IMG/VR virus record: IMGVR_UViG_3300042892_004016
Coordinates: 1-64,000 of that record
Source: a virus
Length of the DNA: 64,000 nt
Direction: 5' to 3' (one strand)
In this document: positions 28,401 to 39,200 of the stretch, in pieces
Layout of the letters: every line of letters starts with the position of its first letter
Position numbering within the stretch: the stretch's first letter is position 1
Notes under the pieces: generated by a model
Databases searched by the model: none
Seen by the model: only the letters and a program-made list of their open reading frames with translations
Told to the model about the DNA's origin: nothing
Program-made: the position numbers and the translations under genes

Positions 28401-31400
28401 TATATCAACTATATCACCTGGTGTTACTGCAGTAGTAAGTGTGACAATTTTAGTAAGTGCATTAATGGAGTAGTCGCTGGCTGATGACAACAGAATGCCA
28501 TTCAACTTAACTTGAATCTGGTTATAAGAATTTGGTGCTGTACTCAGAGCCAATGCAAGTACTGTGGTGGTTTGAGCACTGGCGGGCTGTCTTATTTCAT
28601 ATGTTTGTGTTATTCTAGTAAAAACATAGACTGATCCGGTGTTGACCAGCTGAGCTGAGTAATTTTGAGCCGGAGCACCAACGAACACCTTAGTGCCATC
28701 ATAATTGGTTGACACACTGTTACCAAACTGATCCACACCAGTTAATCCTGAGACACTAAGGGTATCAACAGATACGTAATCGTGTACTGCTTTGTATATA
28801 TCAGTATCTGCTGTAATCACAGTATCAAATGACTGCGCAACGTAATATGTAGTTCCAGCGTAGGGATCATATTCTGCTCTGACAAATTCGTATGTATCTG
28901 TTCCAGTTACATTGTCAAATGTTATTAAATCTCCCTTAATAAATTCTGAAGGGTAGGCGTCTAATATAACAAAACTGTTGTCACCCACTATAGTGTCTGC
29001 AGATGTGGAGAATCCAATATCCACATAGGTAAATGCAGTACTAAGTTTGTATACTTCTACTTGAGCGTCATCAGTTGATGCAGAATATAGCCAATTCTTG
29101 TCACCTGATAACGACAGTGATACGCCTTGAGATTTATCTGTAATTACAATAGTTTGTTGCAGTCTAATTGAATTAGCTTCAGCATTGACTAACTTAAACA
29201 CATAAAGTTTACTATTGATGTCTACCTTAGATACAACCAAAGTATCATCAATTAATACCATTGATCCCACTAGACTTGGGTCAATCACAGTAGTTTCTTG
29301 TAATGAGAATTCTACTCTGTTTGCACTAAACGTGTATCGGTATATTTTTCCTGCAATGGAATCCAACACAAAATAACCCAGGATGTGATGATACGCTACG
29401 CCATTACCAAATGAAATTGCGCTGGTTGGGGTTGCAATCTCTGATGCGGCATAGTTTATACTCTTTTGATACACTGCCCAACCACCATCAGTATCCTGAT
29501 CTACCCAAACTTTAGATTTAGTTAATCCGTTATTGAGCAATGGCATGTCTGCTATGTCTCTGGGACTAGCAACTCTCTGTGGGTTAAAGTATGCAGCTAT
29601 ACCAGTTCCTGATATGCTCATCACGCTAGAATCCATTACCAAATCAACCACCACTGACGTTAAATTGGATATAGCATTCACTCTGTAGTAACCATTAACT
29701 CGGTCGTCGTAATTAATAACCATGAATAGGTCGTTTACTGCCAGGCCTGGCGCTTCTTCAAATACCAATGTGGCAGTATCGTTCAAATTGTTCAAGCAGT
29801 TGACTACTCTGATAGGAGCCGCAGTGGATGATAGAGATACTGGAGCATATACTTTCCATGTGCTATTTTCATCTGCCACCCAAACATAATTGCCCTGATA
29901 CAACTCACTAATAGCAACTGTGCTGTTCTTCAGTGTGTCAAATGAATAAGCATACATCTTAACATCATCAAAATGCACTGATCCTGCTGTGGGTAATACA
30001 CTGCTGGCTGCTGGATCCAACACTGACAGTATATTTTCATCAGCTATTGATCTGCCGTAGTTGGTTACTGCATTTAATGACAACTGTTGCATTACCGCAC
30101 TGTCAGTAGTGTCCTTGAATATACCAACTGTACTGGGATTACCAGTCAAGTATTTTTCATTCAGTACAACTTCTATGAAGTTCTCGTTGTTGACTCCACC
30201 GAACTCGCTGGTCTTGATTGCCCAATTTTCATATACTTCATATTTGATTTGGCCAGTAGTTAATGTTATGTTCTGTACCGCATTGGCAACTCTGCTGGTT
30301 CCTTTTTCAGCAATGAAGTTTTTATACACATTGACCTGCGATATATCGTCCAAGTTGCTTGCTGCCAGATAATCTCTGGGTCTGTAACCAATCAACGAGA
30401 ACGCCAATTGGTCTGCATCATTGGATAAGTTAGCAGCATTGGTATCATAGTACAATGATGATTCGTATGCACGATTGCTTGCATTGGGCAGCAGACCTTT
30501 TTGGATCTGATCGTATGATGTTTTAGTCCACACGTTTGTATCAAACTTGGCTGCGGGCAGTATTAAACTGTTGGCAGTGTAGTAGCTGTTCTTATACTTT
30601 ACCATGCTATTCTTACTATAGCGAGTGTTGGCTGCCCAGTCTTTGACATTATCCTGATTTAGAATAAAGCCCTGCGCATCCAGTGTTCCGTTCCAATCAA
30701 CGGTCTTGCTACCTTTAAGCAGCATTCTGTATTGACGTAGGCTGGTAACGGGATTGAAGATAGTGTCATTAAATAAGGTAAAGTTGTCAAACACTACTGC
30801 ATGTTCTAAGTTACTCAAATTGGCATTGAAGTAGGCCAGTGTATCACCTGAGTTAAGAGGGAACACCACAAACTCAGTGTCATTTCTTTCCACTGCCAAA
30901 TCTTTAGTTTGAATTGGTATTAAATCCTGGTTAAGCACATAGTTTTGGTGGTGCAGAGTTAATGGCTGAACTATGCTGCTGTCTTTGTTTACTGTTATTT
31001 TAGTAGCGGCTGGATTCAAGTTCACCAAGCTGCCCACTTGCCATCCAGTTTGCGCCCATGATAAGAATTCAATAGTCATTTGTTTCCAATTGACTTCCAT
31101 GCCATTTTCAATTACATCAAACTGCATGCCCTGATCTGTCAGATATGCGCCATAACTCAACAGGAACTCACATACTCCGTTAACGGAATAATATTCGTTA
31201 CCGTAGGGAACAACAGTCTCGGTGGTATAGTAGGAGCTGGCCACTGATATTGATATATTATCAATAGCCAGTGTTTGGTATAAGCCATTATACTTGGGAG
31301 TGTATGTGGTAAAGTACGCCTTGTTCTGTGAGTTACCGTATACGCGGTATCCCTTGATAGTCTTTTGCACAATGACGCCACTGAATACAATTCGGTCAAA

Positions 31401-34400
31401 TGGCTGGTTCTCATGCAATAATACTGAATAACTATTATCAGGTACCATCAGTGAGCTGTTCTTGCTGGACCCAGAGCTTTTCTCCAGATAAAAGTTCATC
31501 AATTGTTTATCACTGAATCCTGCCAAGCGATATATCAATCTCACATCCAAATTGGACATGAGTTCGTTTAATTTTTCTTGCCCAGTGCCACCAGTGCTTT
31601 GTACATAATCAACTATCCAGTTAACATAACTGTGTTGTGCTGTGCCTGTGCCGTATTTTACAGTGGCATTGCTTGATATACGTGATCGGTCGTTATACAA
31701 GTATTGACCAAACTCTGAGTTATATTGATACAAGTCCAAGTCATACGACAAAGAGAAGAATTTTGCAGGTTTTGTTAATGCAAACAACTTGATTAAGTCA
31801 AAGGGATAGCTGCTGCTTTTAGTGTAGCTGTATTCTGATGGACTCACATCGTTTGTGGTCCAGTCTCGGTTAAAGGTGGTAGCATCGTAGTATCTGGTTA
31901 ATGCAGCCAATGGATCACGTAAATTACCGGACTCGTCAACTGGCAGAATCTTTCGTAGGTCTGGTCTAGTTCTGGTTGGGATGACATATGGACTGCCGTC
32001 GTTGTAATTGATGCCTGCAGTAATATCGTCCCATAACAAATCGTTGCCGCTAGTATAGGGCGCTACTCCATATCTACCTTCCCACCAAGTGGGTTTTGCG
32101 GTTAGTCCCAGCATTTCCCATGGGGTAGTATGTGGGCTGGTGGTATCATAGAACCACTGATACATGCCTCTCCAATTGCCGGCATTGAACAGCTTGTTGT
32201 CCAAATTGTTTCTGGATTGGTTATAGTTATATGTAAACTTGTTGTTTGACATATAGTACTGAGTTTTGTAGTCAATGCGATTCTGGCCAACCCAGTTTAA
32301 GAAATTGGTGTTTTGTATGACCCGCACTTCGTCATATGAATGCGCCGTGGTTCTAAACTGTCCTGGCACAACATCATCGTATGTAACTGGAGTTTGTGCG
32401 CTGCATTTGAGATTGTTGTATATGCGTTTTTCAAATTCCAACAGAACTTTATCTCTGAAGTCTACCAGTTTTCCTTCGTTATACTCACCGTACAGCTTAG
32501 TCAAAGAACCATCGTGTCCTTTGATAAAATATGTGGGAGTAATATATGATTCATCGTATACTATTTCAGGAATGAATGATGGGTACAGACCCAACTTAGT
32601 TGGAGTATTGGGAACGTATCCACCATAGGTCTGATTGAACTCATTGATGACAATTACATCACCTGGCATCATATCCAGAGTCATGGTGACTTTTGGCTCA
32701 ATATCACTTATAATGTAATCTTGATCTTTAACCAGTTGAGTTGTGATTGATTCTGCGTTAACAATTCTGGTCAGATATATTATAACGCCGTCATAATTGG
32801 CGTTGGCAAAGTCATAGGTTTTTATCAGTGAATAGAAACTGGTATCAATGAAAGCATTAAATGTGTAAGTATTTGATACGTAAGGAGCTCTAGCCGGTAG
32901 CATGTCACTCCAAAAGAATGGAGTACTCTGATATTTGTAACCAGCTATTTGCTGCAGTGCATCGTCTAGCATGTAGGCTGCACTCTGATATCTATTATAG
33001 TCACCGGTATCTATTATGTTCATCAACAATGTTTTGAACTTGACATACTCATTGCTGCTATAAGATAGTGCATCAATTAAACTATAATCCTTATTGCGTA
33101 ACAGTGCAGCTGGAATAGTCAGTGGTGCGCTACTTTGTATTATCTTATCACCATATGATACCAGATTGCCCAAATCTCTATAGTCATTTGCACCGTATAT
33201 CGTACCGGTGATACGGTTAGAGTTTATGCAGATACTCTGGTAATGTCCCTTGATGTCACCTAAATTTAACGAGGTGATTACTGAATTGAATGGGTTACTT
33301 TCTAAGTTGGCAGGAATCGTGTAATAAGCATCTGCGCTTAATTTATCATCGCTGTATACCAATACCTGAATAGATGCGCCAACCTCTGGGGTCTCATACA
33401 ATGTTATCGTAGTATCTAATCCAGTGCTGGTAACTAGATAGTTATAACTGGGCTGTGTCTCAGCATTTATATATACTCTAATCACAGGCCATTTAGTAGT
33501 GTCTGCATCTTTTGCTGTTACATTACACGTGAATGATTCAAACCCCGTGGTGGACTCAAAATTAAAGGCCTGGTACTGAAAACTTTCATCAACTGCAGTT
33601 TTCCAACCCAGTTCACGGGTATATTCATTACGATTGATATAATTATATGGATATCCGGTGTTTACAGATTCGGTAATGGAACTGTAATTGTCAACATATT
33701 GGAAGGTGTCATCGTTGATTGAAATTCTAAAATTGATGTCGCTGGTGTTACCTACTGAACTATACTTGATTGGGAAACCCAATACTGCATCATCGGCGCC
33801 GGCTCCCAGCGCAAACTCAAACAAAGTAGATCCGGTAAAATTACTACCTGGATAGAATTCTTGGTCTGCAAAGCTGATTCCATTTTTGTCAAACACATCA
33901 AATTTGGGTGGTTGATTTACATAATTCTTCTGTTGCCCCTGTTGCCAGTTACTACCATCAAAGTAATAGGTTAATCCTTTACGCTCAGTTCCATTGGACA
34001 CTGTCACTTGATCATTGGCAATTACATCACCGTCTAGTGCTTTACTCAATGTGATCACCGGTGAGGAAGTGAACGTGAGCGGAGTGCCGTCAAGTATTGC
34101 TTCATCTGCGCTGCCTGTTACTGATAGGGTAGTATCGTCAATGACTGCTATTACTTGCTGTCCACTAGTAAATCCGGCTCCTGTGATACGCATGCCTTCT
34201 AGAATATCAGTGGTATCATCTACTTTTAGGGTAGTGGACGAGCCGCCGGCTGCCACATAAGATTTCTTTACCCCAAGAGATTCAGCAAAATTTGCCACCC
34301 ATACTTTATTCCTAATGTTAATATCAGTGTCTGCTGTAAAAATTATTCTGGCACCCTCAAACAAAGGAATACTGGACCCATCTGGATAGTATATGGTTCG

Positions 34401-36251
34401 GCCGGCAACTCTATCTGATGAGTAAAATCCGGATATGTTGATGCTGGTATTATCTACGAAATCAACTGAGCCAATACCAACAGTACCCTGATTAATCAGT
34501 TTGAGGTCGGGATAAAATTCAACGATTGGTCTATTGGCACGGTTATCTTTGTTATTGAGAGCGGCTAATGCGATTTCTCCAGAAACATATGAGGCTGTGG
34601 CCTTTAATACATCAATATGAAACCAACGATTGCCTCGGCTCCATGCATTTCTGTTAATAGCATTCCTACTAATAGTGATATAATCTTTATTAATTGGCAT
34701 GTCAATTTGCCCACTAAACTTATCAACATCAAATTTATTGTTGTCGTAGATAGTGTAGATTGAATCAGCAAAGGGCTCGTATACACTGAGTTCTTCTGAT
34801 AAAATCAAATTGATACTTGTACCAACACCTTCAACGTAGTAGCTGCCAGTATTATAATGTTTGGGAAACACATTTTCACTAAACGTTACTTTAAGTCCAT
34901 TAGTGAATGTTACACCATTGGGGCTGGTATATATAAGTTGTCCTAAAATATCCTGTTGCACATTGATAAAATCATCTGCCTTTTTATCTAAAATACGAAT
35001 GGTTCCATACATCAGTGGATTCAAACTATCCTGATAGTACAAAGTATTCAATGCTGCAGTTTTTGGTGGCAGCATACGAACCAGTCCGTATTGGTTCTTG
35101 ACAAAGTTCTTGTTGATAAATGAGGTACCATTGGTGGCAGTTATTAACTGGTCTGTTGGAATGGGCGCATATTCAGTTAAAGTTACTATAGGAAAGCCCA
35201 ACGCATCGTCAATCAAATTTATTTGGTAGAAATAGTCACTTAGTTTTGTGATTGGTGACAAATCAAAGTCGGCATCGCCAAAATCGGCAATATCAAACAA
35301 TGAATTTATTGTGCCGGTCGCATTGGCATCAAACCCGTAGAACATTATGATTTTGCCATCTAATACGTCATTCAATGGTCCGCCAATTCCATCAATACTG
35401 CCAGTAAACGGTCCTGATAACGTCAAGTCATTTAATCTTTTGCCGTGTATTTCATTAAACGGTATGGTACAAATTAAATCTACTTTGTTATCGCCAGTAT
35501 AGGTATCAGATTCTTGAGCACCACTTAAAGGTACAGTAAAGGTCACTGTGCCGATATCAGCACCGTTGTTTACTACACCATAAACATCACGTGAGCTGAC
35601 ATTGTTTCGGTACGTGTCTATGCCCGAGAGTCCAACGTTGGTTTGTATGAAAAACTTGCTACCTTGAGCTACCTGAAAAGTATAAGTACCACCTCTGACA
35701 ACTGTGATTGTAGGATTTACTTCCGCAATAGATACATTGTTCTTACTAAAGGCGTATGAGGTAAATTGAGTAGTAACAGTGTAATCTGCAACAGTGTCTA
35801 TGTAGTCAGTAGTTACTGGAACTGGGTCTGGTCCATTGGTCAGCCAATAGTATTGACTGAAGTTGGTTATCTTGTCTAGATCAACAAAGCTATCCCATGA
35901 ATAAAACTCATTTGAAAACAAGTTAGAATGGTTGTTAGTTGGTGAACCTTCTGTGGTCAGCGCATCAACCAATCCCGGGTAGGTTATAAAGTCTTTAGCA
36001 ACACTAGTGTCCTTGTTAGTGAATACTACTCCAGGTTCTAGCTGATAGTCAGTTCTGATCTTGCTGGGTTCAGTTACATAACTGGAGTTTGGATTGATTC
36101 CATATTCAAATCTGCGACCAATATAACCCTGAATTCGTTGGGAATTGGGTTGTTGAACTAATTGATCTAGCGTTGCTTTTAAAAACTGCTGATTGGATTT
36201 AGTCTGAAATATCTCAGGAAGAAAATTCAAGGTTCTAACTTGTGTTACCAT
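22464..36251 (-). CDS. Giant baseplate wedge/virion structural protein (4595 aa, gp7-like position)
   Basis: Follows the gp6-like gene; RTLNFLPEIFQT start, YLNEVKPYHV motif, FG-GAP-like and BNR-like propeller repeats. Confidence 0.75.
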   Translation of the reverse strand: MVTQVRTLNFLPEIFQTKSNQQFLKATLDQLVQQPNSQRIQGYIGRRFEYGINPNSSYVTEPSKIRTDYQLEPGVVFTNKDTSVAKDFITYPGLVDALTTEGSPTNNHSNLFSNEFYSWDSFVDLDKITNFSQYYWLTNGPDPVPVTTDYIDTVADYTVTTQFTSYAFSKNNVSIAEVNPTITVVRGGTYTFQVAQGSKFFIQTNVGLSGIDTYRNNVSSRDVYGVVNNGADIGTVTFTVPLSGAQESDTYTGDNKVDLICTIPFNEIHGKRLNDLTLSGPFTGSIDGIGGPLNDVLDGKIIMFYGFDANATGTINSLFDIADFGDADFDLSPITKLSDYFYQINLIDDALGFPIVTLTEYAPIPTDQLITATNGTSFINKNFVKNQYGLVRMLPPKTAALNTLYYQDSLNPLMYGTIRILDKKADDFINVQQDILGQLIYTSPNGVTFTNGLKVTFSENVFPKHYNTGSYYVEGVGTSINLILSEELSVYEPFADSIYTIYDNNKFDVDKFSGQIDMPINKDYITISRNAINRNAWSRGNRWFHIDVLKATASYVSGEIALAALNNKDNRANRPIVEFYPDLKLINQGTVGIGSVDFVDNTSINISGFYSSDRVAGRTIYYPDGSSIPLFEGARIIFTADTDINIRNKVWVANFAESLGVKKSYVAAGGSSTTLKVDDTTDILEGMRITGAGFTSGQQVIAVIDDTTLSVTGSADEAILDGTPLTFTSSPVITLSKALDGDVIANDQVTVSNGTERKGLTYYFDGSNWQQGQQKNYVNQPPKFDVFDKNGISFADQEFYPGSNFTGSTLFEFALGAGADDAVLGFPIKYSSVGNTSDINFRISINDDTFQYVDNYSSITESVNTGYPYNYINRNEYTRELGWKTAVDESFQYQAFNFESTTGFESFTCNVTAKDADTTKWPVIRVYINAETQPSYNYLVTSTGLDTTITLYETPEVGASIQVLVYSDDKLSADAYYTIPANLESNPFNSVITSLNLGDIKGHYQSICINSNRITGTIYGANDYRDLGNLVSYGDKIIQSSAPLTIPAALLRNKDYSLIDALSYSSNEYVKFKTLLMNIIDTGDYNRYQSAAYMLDDALQQIAGYKYQSTPFFWSDMLPARAPYVSNTYTFNAFIDTSFYSLIKTYDFANANYDGVIIYLTRIVNAESITTQLVKDQDYIISDIEPKVTMTLDMMPGDVIVINEFNQTYGGYVPNTPTKLGLYPSFIPEIVYDESYITPTYFIKGHDGSLTKLYGEYNEGKLVDFRDKVLLEFEKRIYNNLKCSAQTPVTYDDVVPGQFRTTAHSYDEVRVIQNTNFLNWVGQNRIDYKTQYYMSNNKFTYNYNQSRNNLDNKLFNAGNWRGMYQWFYDTTSPHTTPWEMLGLTAKPTWWEGRYGVAPYTSGNDLLWDDITAGINYNDGSPYVIPTRTRPDLRKILPVDESGNLRDPLAALTRYYDATTFNRDWTTNDVSPSEYSYTKSSSYPFDLIKLFALTKPAKFFSLSYDLDLYQYNSEFGQYLYNDRSRISSNATVKYGTGTAQHSYVNWIVDYVQSTGGTGQEKLNELMSNLDVRLIYRLAGFSDKQLMNFYLEKSSGSSKNSSLMVPDNSYSVLLHENQPFDRIVFSGVIVQKTIKGYRVYGNSQNKAYFTTYTPKYNGLYQTLAIDNISISVASSYYTTETVVPYGNEYYSVNGVCEFLLSYGAYLTDQGMQFDVIENGMEVNWKQMTIEFLSWAQTGWQVGSLVNLNPAATKITVNKDSSIVQPLTLHHQNYVLNQDLIPIQTKDLAVERNDTEFVVFPLNSGDTLAYFNANLSNLEHAVVFDNFTLFNDTIFNPVTSLRQYRMLLKGSKTVDWNGTLDAQGFILNQDNVKDWAANTRYSKNSMVKYKNSYYTANSLILPAAKFDTNVWTKTSYDQIQKGLLPNASNRAYESSLYYDTNAANLSNDADQLAFSLIGYRPRDYLAASNLDDISQVNVYKNFIAEKGTSRVANAVQNITLTTGQIKYEVYENWAIKTSEFGGVNNENFIEVVLNEKYLTGNPSTVGIFKDTTDSAVMQQLSLNAVTNYGRSIADENILSVLDPAASSVLPTAGSVHFDDVKMYAYSFDTLKNSTVAISELYQGNYVWVADENSTWKVYAPVSLSSTAAPIRVVNCLNNLNDTATLVFEEAPGLAVNDLFMVINYDDRVNGYYRVNAISNLTSVVVDLVMDSSVMSISGTGIAAYFNPQRVASPRDIADMPLLNNGLTKSKVWVDQDTDGGWAVYQKSINYAASEIATPTSAISFGNGVAYHHILGYFVLDSIAGKIYRYTFSANRVEFSLQETTVIDPSLVGSMVLIDDTLVVSKVDINSKLYVFKLVNAEANSIRLQQTIVITDKSQGVSLSLSGDKNWLYSASTDDAQVEVYKLSTAFTYVDIGFSTSADTIVGDNSFVILDAYPSEFIKGDLITFDNVTGTDTYEFVRAEYDPYAGTTYYVAQSFDTVITADTDIYKAVHDYVSVDTLSVSGLTGVDQFGNSVSTNYDGTKVFVGAPAQNYSAQLVNTGSVYVFTRITQTYEIRQPASAQTTTVLALALSTAPNSYNQIQVKLNGILLSSASDYSINALTKIVTLTTAVTPGDIVDISCVDFVHTQTLNSFVSVDQIRSGVAFGHSLDTNTPSTELIVGAPYDLSTDNIEGSVYRFTNQGKKYGMITGASAVSLSTDATILINGYTVRLPGTGITNIVTAINQASIPNVKAYSTTDAKLVIQLVNTQLGPVNNKLNITVLELATAQALGISEYVNTQVLINAEQLTGPTQYGYSVKFNEHNSFAVGAPVIARKTATTFDFTDDEDYTNDTIFDGNFTRFVDTAVNAGSVFIYDYLPAYNESMQTVGKYVFGQSATELATAGAQTSYYGKTLAFTEYSLVVGCPAYVNSVGTGRVVIFINNTNKPNWQITRKESATVDVSQIQSVQLYDNISNSRTAALDYIDPLQGKLLGVVRENIDYMGSYDPAGYNTDTTANRIVWASNFVGKIWFDTTTTRFVDYHQADTVYDSKYWGTLFPGSTVTVYTWIESDVVPMDYVGSGTAYNLEAYTTTFELDSTGALISKYYYWVRNTNVLYNQQGKTLTDTVITAYITNPQNSGIPYFAAVKPNIYALYNSRQYIKSTNTSLHIGFGEGVNQDSSYNEFKLIRNGYAEDFLAGVPSAYTDYSDPEALYEKLLDSLSGVDIQGKVVPNISLPKMVQTGISVRPTQSFFINRFKALENYCLYANAVLLQYPIAEYKTPAFLGSSNKQGAPARAPAFLTTSGPTFNTSDYWEYIYWWADGYNNNTKIDVEVSRYFGLATLVATEGLVAGVTANSDGKREVYVYSGTAWTRVGLEQGTIQIKSSLWEYDANNIGFGNNFYDTIEFDTYPSIETRYILRALNEEIYVNDLQIHRNKSLILLFEYITSEATATQNNLPWLNKTSLVDVSHTLRDLVQSQTYQQDNINFLEGYLNEVKPYHVVIKEFAIRYTASDTFTHAISDFDLPAKYDADLGRFVTPNLNFKNPVGVGQFGPTDTVWQDTAYTDWLANYGLSLTGLSRVNVGAVVKYVSTAANTIHIDNAHGIPLTGIITIDDEQISYASVDRDAGILSTITRGVNNTEITAHNPHALVYTDMPGVVVLDSGRDYVDPPEITVYIDTNMYPAPNTPARVSAIMSGDKLVGVKILDAGNGYAVTPEIIIEPVFTVSFDSDAINFSLNTISLTSATLKTGDVVKYKSGIGDTVMGIEDQQHYYVGVVFTDELFGLTSTIALYTSKKNALTDNHRIVFTDAGASAGNLLAVTARAVAVATNTPTRQLKTTLKFDRTSYNSKVTVWTAGEYYYSDFTASGNESSSATKLYDSAVTTMSASLQGEVLPVVAVSSALGKQVTVTTDYAASPLMPGQLKGMNVYFYETPAAITLSLLPDGYTGLADPAVIKFSAPKFNTSTIKNQYFIELDTANLGTAFAAGDIITVKGSLLGGVDGTNDATIKVIHTTITNGILIYELYGIAADTFKQYYVKPITDTQLVVYYDAAMVNPVTVPNLWTADTAYTKDTIVKNGATYYIAVKNTTASPTFIGGEWRVTTNPFPYTASDNIYLPEPVIITSGYTRSASSLVTFNKRLYNCVESNNDSTFNFDKWVQVQSDDPTLNALDRIMGYYEPTDDMLGKNLPLLVSGIDYPNNTYYGNNFTGALTLDTILKDQSFYPKGVKIVSVIYDGNKYVAAADGPAFSMVMHSYDQGSTWQVTRIGAQVLGLTDMTYDGQIYMLSTTNVNTPIYISYDSFVWTTVGEFTPWDSLPFDDVGTKWDSTSLSAPLDKLYSIMSHDGLYVAVGDEIISSRDGYGWNRAYDFIGAASTRLNAVKFLSCDFFEGYIAVGTGITNVSASGAVSTTTTQVGTIVTSNDGKNWSELTPAVTAHGLNAVVASTNMIIVAGDAGTLLSTTNGYNYETCVLNAAPITGKLLSGVYAENAFVIVGENGVILVSYDGVTFDAMISGTTETLHTISHTGERFIAAGANTTILSSYDGIVWVSALTVADETTFYEIKGDAFMSGYGPEELVPGVITDTLSIRITTRPGATWDAETYQHTGYTVKRLKWKAANNG

Positions 36252-36265
36252 TATGTGTTCTCTTT

Positions 36266-39200
36266 TTAGCTATTTGGCTTCAATTGGTCTGCAGTCAACG
36301 ACGAAATTACCACGATGTCGGTGGCTTGTGCGGCATTAACAAAAATCTCGTAAGGAGCTGATCTTATTTCATACAAGTCACCAAATGATAACTGTGAGTT
36401 GTTTGGTACTAATATTGCGGAACTTATTAAATCTCCTATTTCACTGTGCAAGTACGCACTCAATTCACTGAAATAAAATGTATCTCCAAAGTTCCAATTG
36501 CCAATGTCAAAGTAAGTGTTTATGGCATTTATAGTGGCTATGCGAATTTCACTATCACTGGCAGTAACATTGGAGTTTCTTATTACCTTAATTGTAGCTT
36601 GCAACTCTATGCTTGCCTTGCTTCCAAATAATGGTTTAAACTTGACACTGTTTAACAACACTGTATCGCTCAACATTTTGTATTCATCAACCTTGCTATA
36701 CGATTGCTTCAACTCATATATAGTTGGTATAGCAGGCTCTGGCAATTTATTAGTAGCATCTTGTATCCAATTGGTATACTGAGTATAATAGCTACTGGTT
36801 ACCACATATATATCAATTATATTTGTAGTACCAGGATTGATTCTGGTAGTGTTGCTACTGTTGTGTCTGTAATGAAAATACAATCCCTGTCTGCCTGTTA
36901 GTGCCGAATAGTTAGTCAAGCTTGATATTAGTATGATATTAGCTGAAGTGCTATCCTGACTTGACATATAGAACTTGTCCTCGGCATAGGCATAGAATAC
37001 TTGACCAATTGGATAATCATATTTGGCTAATTCAATACTACTCACTGAGGAGAATGCATAATTTACACTGGTAGAGGCCACTATTTCATATTTGTTCAAC
37101 AAGTTAGCATCTACTATTCTACGCACAAACACATATTGTGAACTGTTAGTGCTGCCAGTAGTGTAGCCAGTAACATATTTAAAGAAGTCAGGATCGTTAA
37201 CCAATCCATTATTGTTGGGATTGATACTGCTGACTTCAATGCTGTAATCGTCTACGTATCCATCTGATTCAACTGTCTGACCAATTACTGCTAAATTCAC
37301 ATCATCTGCAAATGCAAAATTGGTGCCAGGTAACGAATTGGTTTTCAATACTTTTACAGTATCGTATAACAACTTGCCAGTTAATGGATCATATATTACT
37401 TTGTTACGATCATATGTAAATCTGGAATCTTTTACGCTGCCAAAGTAATACGATAGCGATCTACTAGACACACTGTACTTGCCGTCACCTAAACTTTTGA
37501 AGTTTACTACGTAATCAGTTTCGCTGTAGTCGCCAATAAACCATCTGGGCAAATTCATAGTGAAACTATTGTTGTATGACAATGAGAAACTTTGATTGAC
37601 TGATGCTCTGGCGATAGCAGATTGCACTATTCTGTTTGGCAACATGTTATCAAACGCTGGAAGTATTGTTTCTAATAATGCACCAGCTGGGATGTCGGTA
37701 CTCAGTGCAACTGGACCCAATCCATTAGAAAGATTACCTTCGCCACCGTTATAGCCATCATCCACTACGTTTACCACTGTTGCCCATATGTACATCTTAC
37801 TTGAAGGGGTGGGCAATCCCGCAACTAACCCGGTGTCAGTAAAATAATAACCAGCTGGTGGAATAAATTTTAGTAAAGCACCACTGGTGCAGTACTTCAA
37901 GTTGTCGCCGGTATATATACCCACTGCGATAGGTTCGGTGTTTCCGGTGGAATCTTCCAGTTTAAAATAGCCCGTTATGTTTGTGCCATTGAACGAAGTT
38001 TTATTCCAAATAGGTTTCTTGGGCACAACTACTGCATCAACAGTAATATTGTATACCACCTGATATTTGGGATATGTTGCATTATAGTGTTGCAGCGTTT
38101 GCGTACTAGATAATACGCCCAATAACTTGTTAGTTAGGAATGAGATGATGCTATTGGCGCCCTGCTCCAGTGAGAATATAGTGACACGATCCTTGTTATT
38201 TTGATAGAGTGCGCCATCTTGTGCAAAACTGTTTACACTTGAGTATTTGCCTGTGGGATCCAACAAATCAAAATTTCTAGCTACCCCAATTGAACTGCGG
38301 TTTAGCGACTTGCTTTTTATAATTGAGCTATATAACGCATTGGGGAATGTGTTATAATCTTCGCCATTGACCATACGATTCTGTGAATAGTATTTGGTTG
38401 GCGCACGAAGTTTTATATTGTCTACACTTTCTCTGGATTGTGCATTGGATACTGCTTCAGTTAATGCCAATTCAATTGTAAGAGTTTCTGTGCGCCCCAC
38501 TTTGCTCACATAGCTTATAGTAAGAGTGGTTCCTTGCATTTCGCTGGGATCAATGGTGTACTGTAGTGCATTGCCAGTTCTAACATAACTGCGAAATGTA
38601 CCAATTGGCATCTCACCGAATACGCCATCGCCAAATGCATAACTTACTTGATCGTTGAATCTGGACTTGACTGAAAAGAACTGTCTACCTTCACCACTTA
38701 CTGTGGTGTCAGTGGTTGCATACACACTGTCAACTTTAGTCCACTCGGCCAATGCGCCAGTAACGGAGTCCACTTTAAATAGCCACGTATCATTCTCACT
38801 GATACCCTCAATGTCAATATCTATCAATTGATTTGATATTTTTTGATCTAGAGTAAAGTCATAATTCTGCAGTGTACCTTGTTTAAAATACATGAAGAAT
38901 CCAGTATTGGCACTGCCATACCCCAAATTGTCGTTTCGGTATAGCACATTAAACTTACCACGTGGTGTAGGACTTATCTCATATACATAATCTTGATCCA
39001 TGCTGGTAACACTAACTGCTTCAAAGTTCATTTTGGAACCCTGAACAATAGCACTAAATGGGATCACCGGTGATGCGGTAGTAGGTATCTGTAATGAGTA
39101 TTCATCTGTGGTGATACCCAGTATTGACTTGCTGTTGCCTGGTCTGCCCACACGTTGTGAGCCAATCAATGCTGCATTTATTATGCTGTTAAACTGTTCT